Source: Perna viridis (Eukaryota). Taken from it: a stretch of DNA of 64,000 nucleotides. Positions 38,735-51,549 of this stretch are shown piece after piece. Made by a program: the position numbers and the translations under genes. Below the pieces are notes generated by a model. The model was not told the origin of the DNA and ran no database searches. It was given only the letters and a program-made list of their open reading frames with translations. Within the stretch, counting starts at the first letter, position 1, and each line of letters begins with the position of its first letter. The stretch is taken from NCBI GenBank assembly GCA_037379345.1, contig CM074512.1, positions 35,774,001 to 35,838,000 on the forward strand, given 5' to 3'.

Positions 38735-41286
38735 AGACCGGGGACATAAGGTATTCTGATCTCAGACCGGGGACATAAAGTATTCTGATCTCAGACCGGG
38801 GACATAAAGTATTCTGATCTCAGACCGGGGACATAAGGTATTTTGATCTTAGACCGGGGGCATAAAGTATTCTGATCTCAGACCGGGGACATAAGGTATT
38901 TTGATCTTAGACCGGGGGCATAAAGTATTCTGATCTCAGACCGGGGACATAAGGTATTTTGATCTTAGACCGGGGGCATAAAGTATTCTGATCTCAGACC
39001 GGGGACATAAGGTATTTTGATCTTAGAACGGGGGCATAAAGTATTCTAATCTCAGATCGGGGACATAAGGTATTTTGATCTTAGACCGGGGGCATAAAGT
39101 ATTCTGATCTCAGACCGGGGACATAAGGTATTTTGATCTTAGACCGGGGGCATAAAGTATTCTGATCTCAGACCGGGGACATAAGGTATTTTGATCTTAG
39201 ACCGGGGGCATAAAGTATTCTGATCTCAGACCGGGGACATAAGGTATTTTGATCTTAGACCGGGGGCATAAAGTATTCTGATCTCAGACCGGGGACATAA
39301 GGTATTTTGATCTTAGACCGGGGGCATAAAGTATTCTGATCTCAGACCGGGGACATAAGGTATTTTGATCTTAGACCGGGGACATAAAGTATTTTGATCT
39401 CAGACCGGGGACATAAGGTATTCTGATCTCAGACCGGGGACATAAAGTATTCTGATCTCAGACCGGGGACATAAGGTATTTTGATCTCAGACCGGGGACA
39501 TAAAGTATTCTGATCTCAGACCGGGGACATAAGGTATTTTGATCTCAGACCGGGGGCATAAAGTATTCTGATCTCAGACCGGGGACATAAGGTATTTTGA
39601 TCTTAGACCGGGGGCATAAAGTATTCTGATCTCAGACCGGGGACATAAGGTATTTTGATCTCAGACCGGGGACATAAAGTATTCTGATCTCAGACCGGGG
39701 ACATAAGGTATTCTGATCTCAGACCGGGGACATAAGGTATTCTGATCTCAGACCGGGGACATAAGGTATTTTGATCTTAGACCGGGGGCATAAAGTATTC
39801 TGATCTCAGACCGGGGACATAAGGTATTTTGATCTTAGACCGGGGACATAAAGTATTCTGATCTCAGACCGGGGACATAAGGTATTTTGATCTCAGACCG
39901 GGGACATAAAGTATTCTGATCTCAGACCGGGGACATAAGGTATTTTGATCTTAGACCGGGGGCATAAAGTATTCTGATCTCAGACCGGGGACATAAAGTA
40001 TTCTGATCTCAGACCGGGGACATAAGGTATTCTGATCTCAGACCGGGGACATAAGGTATTCTGATCTCAGACCGGGGACATAAGGTATTCTGATCTCAGA
40101 CCGGGGACATAAGGTATTTTGATCTCAGACCGGGGACATAAGGTATTTTGATCTCAGACCGGGGACATAAGGTATTTTGATCTTAGACCGGGGACATAAG
40201 GTATTCTGATCTCAGACCGGGGACATAAGGTATTTTGATCTTAGACCGGGGACATAAGGTATTCTGATCTCAGACCGGGGACATAAGGTATTCTGATCTC
40301 AGACCGGGGACATAAGGTATTTTGATCTCAGACCGGGGGCATAAAGTATTCTGATCTCAGACCGGGGACATAAGGTATTCTGATCTCAGACCGGGGACAT
40401 AAGGTATTCTGATCTCAGACCGGGGACATAAGGTATTTTGATCTTAGACCGGGGGCATAAAGTATTCTGATCTCAGACCGGGGACATAAGGTATTTTGAT
40501 CTTAGACCGGGGACATAAAGTATTCTGATCTCAGACCGGGGACATAAGGTATTTTGATCTCAGACCGGGGACATAAAGTATTCTGATCTCAGACCGGGGA
40601 CATAAGGTATTTTGATCTCAGACCGGGGACATAAAGTATTTTGATCTCAGACCGGGGACATAAAGTATTTTGATCTCAGACCGGGGACATAAAGTATTCT
40701 GATCTCAGACCGGGGGCATAAAGTATTCTGATCTCAGACCGGGGACATAAGGTATTCTGATCTCAGACCGGGGACATAAAGTATTCTGATCTCAGACCGG
40801 GGGCATAAAGTATTCTGATCTCAGACCGGGGACATAAGGTATTCTGATCTCAGACCGGGGACATAAAGTATTCTGATCTCAGACCGGGGACATAAGGTAT
40901 TCTGATCTCAGACCGGGGACATAAAGTATTCTGATCTCAGACCGGGGACATAAAGTATTCTGATCTCAGACCGGGGACATAAAGTATTCTGATCTCAGAC
41001 CGGGGACATAAAGTATTCTGATCTCAGACCGGGGACATAAAGTATTCTGATCTCAGACCGGGGACATAAAGTATTCTGATCTCAGACCGGGGACATAAAG
41101 TATTCTGATCTCAGACCGGGGACATAAAGTATTCTGATCTCAGACCGGGGACATAAAGTATTCTGATCTCAGACCGGGGACATAAGGTATTTTGATCTCA
41201 GACCGGGGACATCAGGTATTCTGATCTCAGACCGGGGACATAAGGTATTTTGATCTCAGACCGGGGACATAAAGTATTCTGATCTT
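38735..41286. repeat. 29-bp minisatellite, 88 copies (AGACCGGGGACATAAGGTATTCTGATCTC)
   Basis: 2552 bp = 88 x 29. No spacers; four main polymorphic positions. Confidence 0.97.
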
Positions 41287-44200
41287 ATATAATCAAAAAC
41301 AAAACAAAACTTAGTATTGCTAACATTACCATGCACAGTACAGGTTTTTGGTTCAAGCACAACTCAGCTAATTCTTTTCAATTTTTTCATTTGGTATTCA
41401 TGGTCAAAATTTCATTATTATAATGGCATTTATTAATTAGGGTAACTGTTTTCTCCCATTTCATCAGTTCACATTTATTTGGCAGGGTCCCTTGATAATT
41501 CACCAAAATAAACTGTTTATTTATTTATTTGTCCTTTATGACAGTATTAAAAAATTTTTGGCCCATTGAAATTTTGCTATGGCCCATCTTTTTTTTCAAA
41601 TGGCCCAATGAAATCCTGAATGATTCCCATAGGCTCCTTTATAAAATGGGCCCATAATGGTTTAAAGCCATGTAAAACCCCTGAAGGTGATCATTCAAAA
41701 TGCAATGCAAGAGAAAATGATCCATCTTCAGATGAAAGGATATCTCACTTTCAATTATATCAACTATAATAACATCTAATCAAGTTCTTTTTGTCATTAT
41801 CTTCAGTCTTTTGCATCATAAATTATTCTTTTTATGCAGAAGCTGAATAGGTTTTTTCTTTCAATATAAGCATAGAACTAGTATTTGTAGCCTTCAAAAG
41901 TATGTCACAAACATAATATAAATGAAGCCAGACAAAGAGAGTTAACATAGAGACATAATGGGTCATGTTTCAACAACAATGAATTTGCTAAATGAGTAAA
42001 TTGCATTTCTGATATCTCTGTCTGTCCAGGTGTGATAAAGACTAGCAGCATTTTCTACCTGAGACATCAAAGCCTACAGCCATGTATGAATCACCCTACC
42101 AGAGATTATGAAAATAGATTTATAACAACAGTTCCTCAATCTTTGTGCATTATCCTAATATAGTTTTATCAAAATGACATTTAACAAGGCAAGTCAATAG
42201 CCTGTTGAAAACCACCCATCCATTCCACTTTAAATCAATTAACAGCAGTGAGGTTTATAATGAGAGTCAGATAGCCCAACCTGAGTCTGTCCAAAGCTTT
42301 TTTGATAATGGAATTTAGCAATTATTGATTCTTATTTTCTTTCTCAAAAGCAATTAATTTGAATGCAAGGAAGAAATGCTGAATTATTGTTGCACAATAA
42401 TTTAGAATGTGTAAATCATTTCACTTAATTTGCCAGGTAACCTTTTCAGGCCTGAAAGACCAAAAATGAAGCAAGAAAGGTGTTGTCATGGCACTGAAAC
42501 TAAATGCAGTGGTCCAGAAATATCACTAAAATTTTCTGCTTTCCCACCACTTATTCTTGGCTCTCATGAAAAGAATCATCTTTCAAATGTCACAAAATTA
42601 CTTTTCACTTTCTGTTTTTTTTTCTCTCTAGTTGACATCACTTGGCTGCACAAGAAGATAAGGAAAGATCATATGGCTTAAAATTGGAACATGAATTTTT
42701 TGATGGAGAAAAAAATATCCCGAAGTATGAACAATAATCATAAAAGTATGAATCAACATTCCCAAATGCAGAACTCTGTCTTTTGACCAAAACATAAAAT
42801 ACTTATAACAGCTGTTTAGATGTGAAAAAAGTTAATAATCATATAAACCAACATCCATAAAACATGAACTGCATTTAACTTATTTTACAGAAGACAGTGA
42901 ATACTCTAAGACACAAAACCTATATGTCTTCCCACTTAGATTGATGGACATTGAAACAGGTGATATATTTGACATTTCAATACAGAAGACAGGTGACTAG
43001 GAAATTTATTTGTCACCGTCTCAACTCAGAATCAGAATCAAATCAGTAACAGTTGTACCAAGTTTCATTACCTCCAGTAAGTAATTTTATAACTACCTAC
43101 TGTACAATCACAAACTACTGACAGACAGATAATTGTAAACCTTAGGTGCACCAACATTTCCTAGTGGAGCTATTTAGTCATTCTTAATCCCATGTGTATT
43201 GATTTATGGCCATATTGATAAATCAAAGCTAAACAATGTTGGAAAACTTGTATGTTTATCACTTTTCACTTGCAATTTGAGATACTTCAGATAAGAAAGA
43301 AATGCTAGAGGAATTCAATTAATATTTAAGTGTATAGAAATCCGATGATGAGGAATAGGGTAGGGAGTATGGATTCAACTTCCAGCAAAACATTTATTTG
43401 GCACTAGTGCATATGCACTTTAAAGGGGGTTAGTTAATACATGCTAACAAAGGTCACATGCCATATACTTACTGATTATAGGTCTAGGAAGATAGACTCT
43501 AGGTCTTCACTGCCAATCTTGAAGAGAGAAAAAAGATTTTAAATTAGAAGTAAATCATGTGTCATTTATTGTTCTATTACTAACTGGTATAACATTAGTG
43601 AATATAATAATTCCAACTGTTCATTAAATGATTTTTTTTTACCTTTCCTCAGACTGGTATGGACACTAGAGTACTGAATCTGGCCATCAATCATTTCAAA
43701 TTCAATCAGAAAATGAAGAATGTATTCTCTCAAGAATTGTTCAGATACATTTGATAAAATTTCCTTTCAAATTTTAAAATGACATATGTATACAAGATAC
43801 TACAAAGCTCCAATACAATTCTATTTATGTTAACCATATGCTGACTCACCAAATAAAGAAATTAAAAACAGCACAATTGACAATCAAAGAAAACTAAATA
43901 TCCCTGCAACTCTAGACCTTGTCAAAACCCAAGAGCAGAAACTCACACACAAAGCCATAAATTTTGCATTTCTTGTCGTTTTCTATCAAAACTCATGGGG
44001 ATTTTGAAGAGTGAGATGTCATTCCAGGAAAAGAAAGCCCATTTTTAGATAGTCCAAAGATATCCATCTATACATAAATCATTAGTACTTCTCTATATAA
44101 CTGGTATCCTGAACCTGTCATCTTGGCAGTCTCCAAGGACAGGGAACCATCTTCTTGATGAAAATTGATGACATCAATTTGTTGTAAAATCATTTGGATG

Positions 44201-44744
44201 CAAATGTTGATAACTTCCATCAATGACATTAACTAAATTTAGCATACTGCAGAATAAAGTGGGTTATGAAGGTCTTAAAAACATATGGATCTTTTCAAAG
44301 CTTAATTTTGTACCTGGAAAAGGCCTATAATTTTTCCCCAACATGTACTGTTAATGAAAAAAAATTTCCAGATCCCAAGTAAAGTCACCTTACAAACAAG
44401 TTTTAAGTTCAAAGAAGCTCATAAAAACATGGGAGAAGATAATATTTTAGAGCCCATAAGAGCAGCATTATATATTACATGTTCTTCTATCATACCTGTT
44501 AACCTAGTAAAGCCTAATGGTGGGAGATCACCTGTAATCCATCATAAAATTGCAGGAGATTTAGCATGATGATATTATCGACATATTTTGTTATGTTATA
44601 AATTAAATGAAACAGAAAATTTTTAAATGTTTTTTTTTTTTTTTCAAAACTATAAACACACTATATATACAAATGAATCAACAAAATGAATTATACACAT
44701 ATTCACAGAAATGATGCTTGGTATGGCATAAAATAGATTTTTAT

Positions 44745-45059
44745 CGCTGGCATGTCAATGAATCTAGTTTTGATGGTCCTCCTTCCATCTTTAAAAATGC
44801 CAACAAGAGTTGCAAAGAACTTTTTAGCACCCCTGCCATTGCTTTCATCACATAAAATACTGAATGGCTTTTGTTGACAGGTTTCAATCGCTGTATGTTT
44901 GTAGCCTCAAGATTTGGTAGATAACCTGCATCATTTGGTCCTTTTACATTAAAATTTCTCTGCAATTTTATTGTCAGGGAATGTTTTTTTCACAAAGTCA
45001 GTAAAATGATAAGCCACATGGAACAGCAAGTTGTGTTCAGCCACAAAGCTCATAAAATC
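44745..45059 (-). pseudogene. hAT transposase relic (region of the first catalytic Asp)
   Basis: Manual translation across frameshifts: FMSFVAEHNLLFHVAYHFTDFVKK/TFPDNKIAEKF*CKRTK ... AIETCQQKPFSILCDESNGRGAKKFFATLVGIFKDGRRTIKTRFIDMP. This matches the hAT pattern AEHNL..FPDS.IA..C.RTK..FS...DES; Asp codon at 44849-44847. The ORF track shows the wrong frame. Confidence 0.8.
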
Positions 45060-45563
45060 TTGACATTGTAAATCATGCTATTTGGACTGACATGAGTGAG
45101 ATATAATTGTGGACAGACGTGCAGTGAGGTGCCCTTGTGGGGATCTGATAGTCTAGGGGCCGCTCAAGGGCTCCAGAAGCTCTGGGGTATTTGTGCAAAA
45201 TCCTGCATTCTAGTTGTCTCCTGGAACATAATTCTAACTTTAAAAATTGTCATTTTTTGCATGAAAATATTCAAAATCAATCAATATTTTCAATTGTGAG
45301 ATAAAGAAGTGAAAAACAAGAGCACAATATATTTATTACCATAGAATACTTGCATTTGAGGTTAAAAACATTTTTGGAGGGTGCTCAAGTCTTTTATAAC
45401 ATTTTGTATGAAGACAGATGGACAGACAAGCGGGGTGATTCCTATATACTGCCTGAACACAAAGCTTGTATGATACTCAAACCAATCCTTGCGCTTGCAT
45501 CATCAAGTAGAAGAAATACCCATAAATTACTTGTGCACGTTACCACTGGTAGGTCTTAGCAGT

Positions 45564-45833
45564 TCAGAAGTTTTGTGTGTCTGGTGAATTAACGAAAAGT
45601 TCTGCAACAGTCAATACACTCAACGTGACAACAAGGTCCGTGGATTTACACAATAGGTATGATAAGGAATTGAGCAAGCAATTCCCGTTCCCAATAATTT
45701 TTATGGCACAAACAACCTTGTTTGAATAGGGAATGTCAAAAGAAATTCGGGTATTGACAAGGACATCTGAAATGATGTTGTCGTATTCAATGTTAGTACA
45801 GTTTCGTGGCTTAATTAGTGCTAGTTTCTCTTT
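45564..45833 (-). pseudogene. Vertnin-like OTU cysteine-protease domain fragment
   Basis: Stop-to-stop frame of 89 aa: KEKLALIKPRNCTNIEYDNIISDVLVNTRISFDIPYSNKVVCAIKIIGNGNCLLNSLSYLLCKSTDLVVTLSVLTVAELFVNSPDTQNF. GNGNCL..SLS..L resembles the OTU GDGNCLF.S.S motif (Cys codon 45680-45678). No start codon, and no catalytic His region found. Confidence 0.65.
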
Positions 45834-47114
45834 CTAAAGACCAATCCTGTTTTTTAAGTTTTTTATAATTTCTTGTCTGAATGGCAATTTGCGTTGCTTC
45901 CAACGGCAACATCTTCGAAAATTCTGTATCATTTTGAGTTAAAATGTACCTTCGAGGTTACATTAATTAGGTTTATTCCAGCAAACATTTTGCTGATAAT
46001 GATCAAAATTTTAAAGCCTTTCGGGACTTGTGGTATGGACAAAGATCAAGTCCAAAAACAAATTGGAGGATGACAAATTAAGTCTTCATGAACTGGGTAA
46101 ATAGAGATTTATGGTGAAAAACATAAGCAAAGCCCTGCCTTTTAATACAATTTTCCCCACTTTTGGGTTTATGCGAGATATTTTCCCTTTTGCGTGATCC
46201 CATGAGATTAAGCTATAATGCCTGACTCGCACAAGCAAGAGACATAACAAGCCTGATCGTATAATGATGGCCGAGTACCCTTAAACAAATATACCGGTAT
46301 ACTTTTAATTTAAAGAACTAAAAACCAAAATATATCCATACAGTCTAGTGATAAACAAAATTCTTACTCAAATGTTGACTTATTTTCATCCAGAAAAGAC
46401 CTTTTATGATAAACTTCACAGTGATTACTTTTGTAATAGAACCACTCAATAAAAACATTAAATTTGGAGTGCAGAAAAATAAATTCAGACACTTGCCTTT
46501 ACCAAGTTAGACTTTATCATTAACTTTATTTCATGTGTCTCGCCGAGATATTCCATTTCATCTGAAATTCATACTAACATGCTTATTTGTGGCGTTTCTA
46601 GACATATTATAAAGTTCAGACATGACAAATGGATGGATGCTCAGACAACAAATTATCCTTCAAGTAATGATTTTATCCTGTGCTAAATTGAAATGATATT
46701 GTCAACTTATATGGTATTTCCTCTCACTTCAGCCAACTATCATTTTCAGTGAATTTGACGAATTATTAGTTCAAAACTTGCTGCATTAATATTTGGGGCA
46801 TAAATGCAGCTAGAACTTGCAAAAATTTATTTAACAATATCATTTAAATTATTGGAATACACAAAGCATGTAACTAAAATAATTATTTCTGAATCTACAC
46901 AATCCTGACCATTCAGCTTCATTTACAATTAAAGAACTGAAACACTGAGGAAAAACTTTTGCACCTAAATGCCTCAAGAAGAACAATGCTTCCAAAAAAA
47001 AACAAAACATTAGAACTAAGCAAAAAACCTGTCTGTAAACTGATAACTAAAACCAAACAAAATCAGCAACTTTCAAAACATTTCAACTTTCATAAGAATG
47101 ACTAATTGCCTTCC

Positions 47115-47908
47115 CTTCCTTTCTACCTCCCTACAAAGGACAGTGTAAGACACAGCCACCCTACCTTTCTACCTCCCTACGAAGGACAGTGTCAGACACA
47201 GCCACCCTACCTATCTACCTCCCTACGAAGGACAGTGTAAGACACAGCCACCCTACCTTTCAACCTCCCTGGGAAGGGCAGTGTCAGATACAGCCACCCT
47301 ACCTTTCAACCTCCCTACGAAGGACAGTGTAAGACACAGCCACCCTACCTTTCAACCTCCCTACGAAGGACAGTGTCAGACACAGCCACCCTACCTTTCT
47401 ACCTCCCTAGGAAGGACAGTGTCACACAGCCACCTTACCTTTCTACCTCCCTACGAAGGACAGTGTAAGACACAGCCACTATATCTTTCTACCTTCCTAG
47501 GAAGGACAGTGTCAGACACAGCCACCCTACCTTTCAACCTTCCTAGGAAGGGCAGTGTCAGACACAGCCATCCTACCTTTCTACCTCCCTATGAAGGACA
47601 GTGTAAGAAACAGCCACCGTACCTTTCGACCTCCCTACGAAGGACAGTGTCAGACACGGCCAGCCTATCTTTCTACCTCCCTAGGAAGGGCAGTGTCAGA
47701 CACAGCCACCCTACCTTTCTACCTCCCTATGAAGGACAATGTCAGACACAGCCAACCTACCTTTCTACCTCCCTAGGAAGGGCAGTGTCAGACACAGCCA
47801 CCCTACCTTTCTACCTACATACGAAGGGCAGTGTCAGACACAGGCACTGGTCCGGTTGTTACCTCCCTAAGAAGGACAGTGTCAGACACAGCCACTGGTC
47901 CGGTTGTC
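47115..47908. repeat. 46-bp minisatellite, about 17 copies (CTACCTTTCTACCTCCCTACGAAGGACAGTGTCAGACACAGCCACC)
   Basis: Units at 47161, 47207, 47253 and onward. The last two units end in a different tail (CACTGGTCCGGTTGT). Confidence 0.95.
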
Positions 47909-49237
47909 AAATGTGATCAAATGCTTGATGGGTCAAAAACTGCTATAAGAGGGTAGTTTTTAGCCCATAAGTAAATCAGCACTATGGTTTAATAATTTTT
48001 GAGTTTCAGATTAACAATGTAGGTACCCTCTGAGCATGCTGGACAGACAAGGTGAAGACCAGCTTTTTCTGTCAGTAATGCAGGTAAAAAGGCAGACTTT
48101 CAAAAGATCCAATGTAAATACTACTTCTATCATGCAAAGACAGCAATTAAAATTCCATCCCTTACAGTGAAATATAACATTGCTAAAATGACATAGAATT
48201 AAAGACAGGAAAAAAAACAGACAATAACAGGAATGAATTTCTGTAACATTTTTATAATAAACATTTTTTTCCAATTATTTCATCAAAATAGTCTAGTCTA
48301 AAATATTTTATTTGTTTAACCTTTTTTTATTTTGTAAATTAATCCAAATATATTTCAGTATTCATACAGAAATATGGACATTTAATCCTATTCCCTGATC
48401 TCAGGAGTACAGTTAAGTTCTATTCAGTCTGAATGCTCATCTAGTCATGCTTTAAATATCTGCCCAATATAAAATCGAAGCTGAAGTCATTTCAGAGAGA
48501 TGGTAAAAACATGCACTTAAAGTAGTTTTACTATAAAATGTTACAACATGATATTGTTCCCTGTAGTCAAAGAAAAAATACCTGTGTAGCTGCTAACATT
48601 CTCTTAAAAAAAACTATGGTTCTACTGTAGGCACAACTTTTTATTTTTTGCAATAAGTTTTTGATTGGTTTGTTCTGGAGACACATTCTGACTTTAATAT
48701 TAGTCAAGAGCAATAATTTTTTTTCAGCAAAACAATCAACAATCTAATTAAAATTAGACCCATCAATTGTTCCATTCAATCACTGTATGTAGGATTTAAC
48801 AACATTCCATTCTACTTTCTGTTCATGTGACCTTTTCAGAATACTCAGATTTTTCCTTTTGAATAATGTTGTCAAAATCATGAAAGACCAATTCTGATTG
48901 GCCTATCAGAAAGATAAGTGCCAAAGACACCAACTGCTGTCTGATATTCTAAAATCAGGTCTTATTCATAAATAGAGAACTGATGTACCTGGTTTAAGAA
49001 ATTGAAAGTTCTGTCCATGTCTAGTCAATTAATATGCACTATTTTGTGTATTTTTGCACCTGTACTAATTATTCTTCAAACCTTGTCACCGTCCTGCTGT
49101 TTTAAATCTATGTAAATTGTACTGGTGAAGGACTTTAATATTAATTCGACTACCACAGTCTGTGCAACAAAAAAAGTATCTGCTCCAACCCAAACTGAAT
49201 CTCCAAAATTTATCTTATCAATTAATTCTAAGCACAA

Positions 49238-49915
49238 ACAAGAGGCTCCCAGGAGCCTGTATCTTCCATCTGCTTAAATTTTTGTCTTTCAAGGGCAATA
49301 ACTCCAACAAGGGGTTGTGGGACAATTCTGACTCAAAGAAGACTTTGATAGGACATATCATAAGGATCATTTCATCAATTTATTTCATTCTATCCATAAT
49401 AGTTTTCCAGATATTGGCTGAAAACTGCTAATAACTTTTTTCCCCTTTTAAGGGCAATGACTGTAACAAGCAAGTGTCTGAAAACTTTGATCCCTACAAA
49501 CTATAGTAGGCCTTATGATAAGGATTATTTCAGCAACTGAAAGAACTCGGCTAAACCTAATGGTTTTGGAGATATATGAGATATGAAAACACTGAAAAAG
49601 GCTATAACTCCAAAATGGCTTACCAGATTATAATATATTTAGATCTCATCATGTTGAACACTTTTACCCATGTCAGAATTTTGCTAAACCTAAAAGCTTT
49701 GGAGATATATGCGAAAATCTTCCAACTGACCTATTCTATTTTTAGTAACAGCAGCCATGTTTTTCCAATCAAAAATCCCTACATCAGTCCGATGCAGAAG
49801 GAAGATTTGGTCAAATAGTGTCATCGTCGTTACAACGATGACAGACGACGACTATAACGGAGGACACTAAGTGATTACAATAGCTCACATGACATTCGGT
49901 CAGGTGAGCTAAAAA
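49238..49915 (-). mobile_element. HINE-type element, family copy 2
   Basis: ACAAG plus hairpin AGGCTCC-CA-GGAGCCT (49243-49258), and terminal stem-loop TAGCTCACATGAC-ATTCG-GTCAGGTGAGCTA (49881-49911) followed by an A-run. The interior aligns with 32697-33703. Confidence 0.78.
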
Positions 49916-50703
49916 GGTGTCCCATGCCAGAACTGTTGTGTCTACCTTATTGCCCTATCCCCAAAACATTTTTTTTGTTTTAAATCTGTACCATTTAGTA
50001 TGGTTCTACTACTTCTATGAATACAAATTTAATATTGACTTTAAAAACATTTCAAATTGAATTACTATGGTATTTTTTCGAAGCCCTTTCATCTGAACAA
50101 GATCAGAAGACTTCATGTTAAGGTTTCCTAATGAAAAATAAACTGTTTAATTTTACATTTTTTCATCCAAGCAAATATATCATGGTAATCTTGTGAGTGG
50201 CTTTCATCGTCATTATTCATCTATAGAAGACGAAAGAATTGCAAAAAAAGCATTTGGACTCTCATGTTATATTTTTAAAAACAAGAGTCATGTTTACTGA
50301 CCGTTGAAAAACTTTAAATGATCAGTTTGTGCAGGACACCCTAAAAACAATTATGCCATTTTTCTTTTGATTTTGTTGCATGGTTTCAGAGAAGAAGATT
50401 TTCAAAGTTGTACAGGTGAAAAATGATTAAAAAAAATCATCTTTAGATGCTATGCCTTTCGGTGGATCAAAAATCCCCACATCAATTCTATGCAGAACAC
50501 CCTAAGGAATACTCATACAAAGTTTGGTTCTGATTGGTCTTGTAGTTTCAGAGGAGGACAGTTTAAAAAAAAAATTGTTAAAAGACGACGGCAGACAATG
50601 ACAACAGTGACGAATGATGGCCATGTTAACTAAAAAATTCATTTTGACCCTATGTTCTATTTTTCGAAACAGCAGCCATATTTTTTGACAAAACCAAGAG
50701 TTT

Positions 50704-51294
50704 AACAACCATTTTGTGCAAGATACCCTGAAAAAATTCATACCAACTTTCATTGAATTCTGTAAAGTAGTTTCTGAGGAAAAGATTTTAGAAAATAATA
50801 ACATCAAAAACAGCAAAAAAATTTCAAAAAAGGGCAATAAGTCCAATCCCTTCAACACCTGCTAATGGAGTGTTCACATCACAACTCATACGTTATACCA
50901 GATCTTGCCGAAATTACACAGACTTTTTGTATCATGCTACAACTCCCATAAATAGGCTTCTGGAACAAAGGGTCATAGTTTTCCTTTCCTCATTTGTCTA
51001 AACAACCATTTTGTGCAAGATACCCTAAAAAAATTCATACCAACTTTCATTGAATTCTGCAAAGTAGTTTCTAAGAAAATATCTTAGAAAGTAATAACAT
51101 CAAAAACAGCAAAAAATTTCAAAAAGGGCAATAAGTCCAATCCCTTCAGCACCTGCGTATGGAGTGTTCACATCACAACTCATACGTTATGCCGGAGATT
51201 GCCGAAACTACGCAGACTTTTTGTATCGCGCTACAACTCTCATAAATAGGCTTCAGGAACAACGGGTCATAGTTTTCTTTTCCTCATTTGTCTA
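50704..51294 (+). repeat. About 297-bp tandem duplication spanning the HINE/Penelope junction
   Basis: Copy 1 is 50704-51000 and copy 2 is 51001-51294. Both start AACAACCATTTTGTGCAAGATACCCT and end TCCTCATTTGTCTA. Confidence 0.92.
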
Positions 51295-51549
51295 CTCCGG
51301 ACTTGACTTTTATGCAATTTGGCGGGTGTTTCTAGAAAAGCAGAGGACGCTTACCCTACCGGTGCACCTGGTCCATGCTCCCAGTTTTTAGTGGAGTCTG
51401 AGTTGCTCCTTTGCTTTTGTTACTTTGTTTTTATGATTCTAGTTACTTTATGTTCTTTGTTGTGTATGTCTGTTTTCCATGTCTGGTCTTTGTCCCTGGA
51501 TTACATTCTTTTGATTACCGCTATAACCTTGGTTCCCTTGATTACTCTT
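51141..51549 (+). mobile_element. 5'-truncated Penelope-like fragment (RT thumb plus 3' UTR)
   Basis: PSAPAYGVFTSQLIRYAGDCRNYADFLYRATTLINRLQEQ matches the PLE thumb motif PAYGV..SQL.RY. An internal deletion then joins it to the shared 3' UTR. Confidence 0.85.

Noticed and set aside
38735-41286. CRISPR-like array, since the repeat is 29 bp
   Set aside because: Units are head-to-tail with no unique spacers, there are no cas genes, and the context is eukaryotic.
41341-41683. Possible hAT MITE (CAGGTTTTT...AAAACCCCTG)
   Set aside because: TIRs are short and there is no matching 8-bp TSD.
44741-44965. Track ORF MQRNFNV...
   Set aside because: Wrong frame; the other frames carry the hAT transposase motifs.
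47281-47916. 211-aa ORF as a real protein
   Set aside because: It arises from a 46-bp unit (not a multiple of three) cycling through frames, has a GTG start, and shows no domain.
49120-49160. Possible degenerate minimal hammerhead (CTGGTGAAGGAC...TCGAC)
   Set aside because: The core CTGANGA and GAAA are both broken and stem II does not pair.
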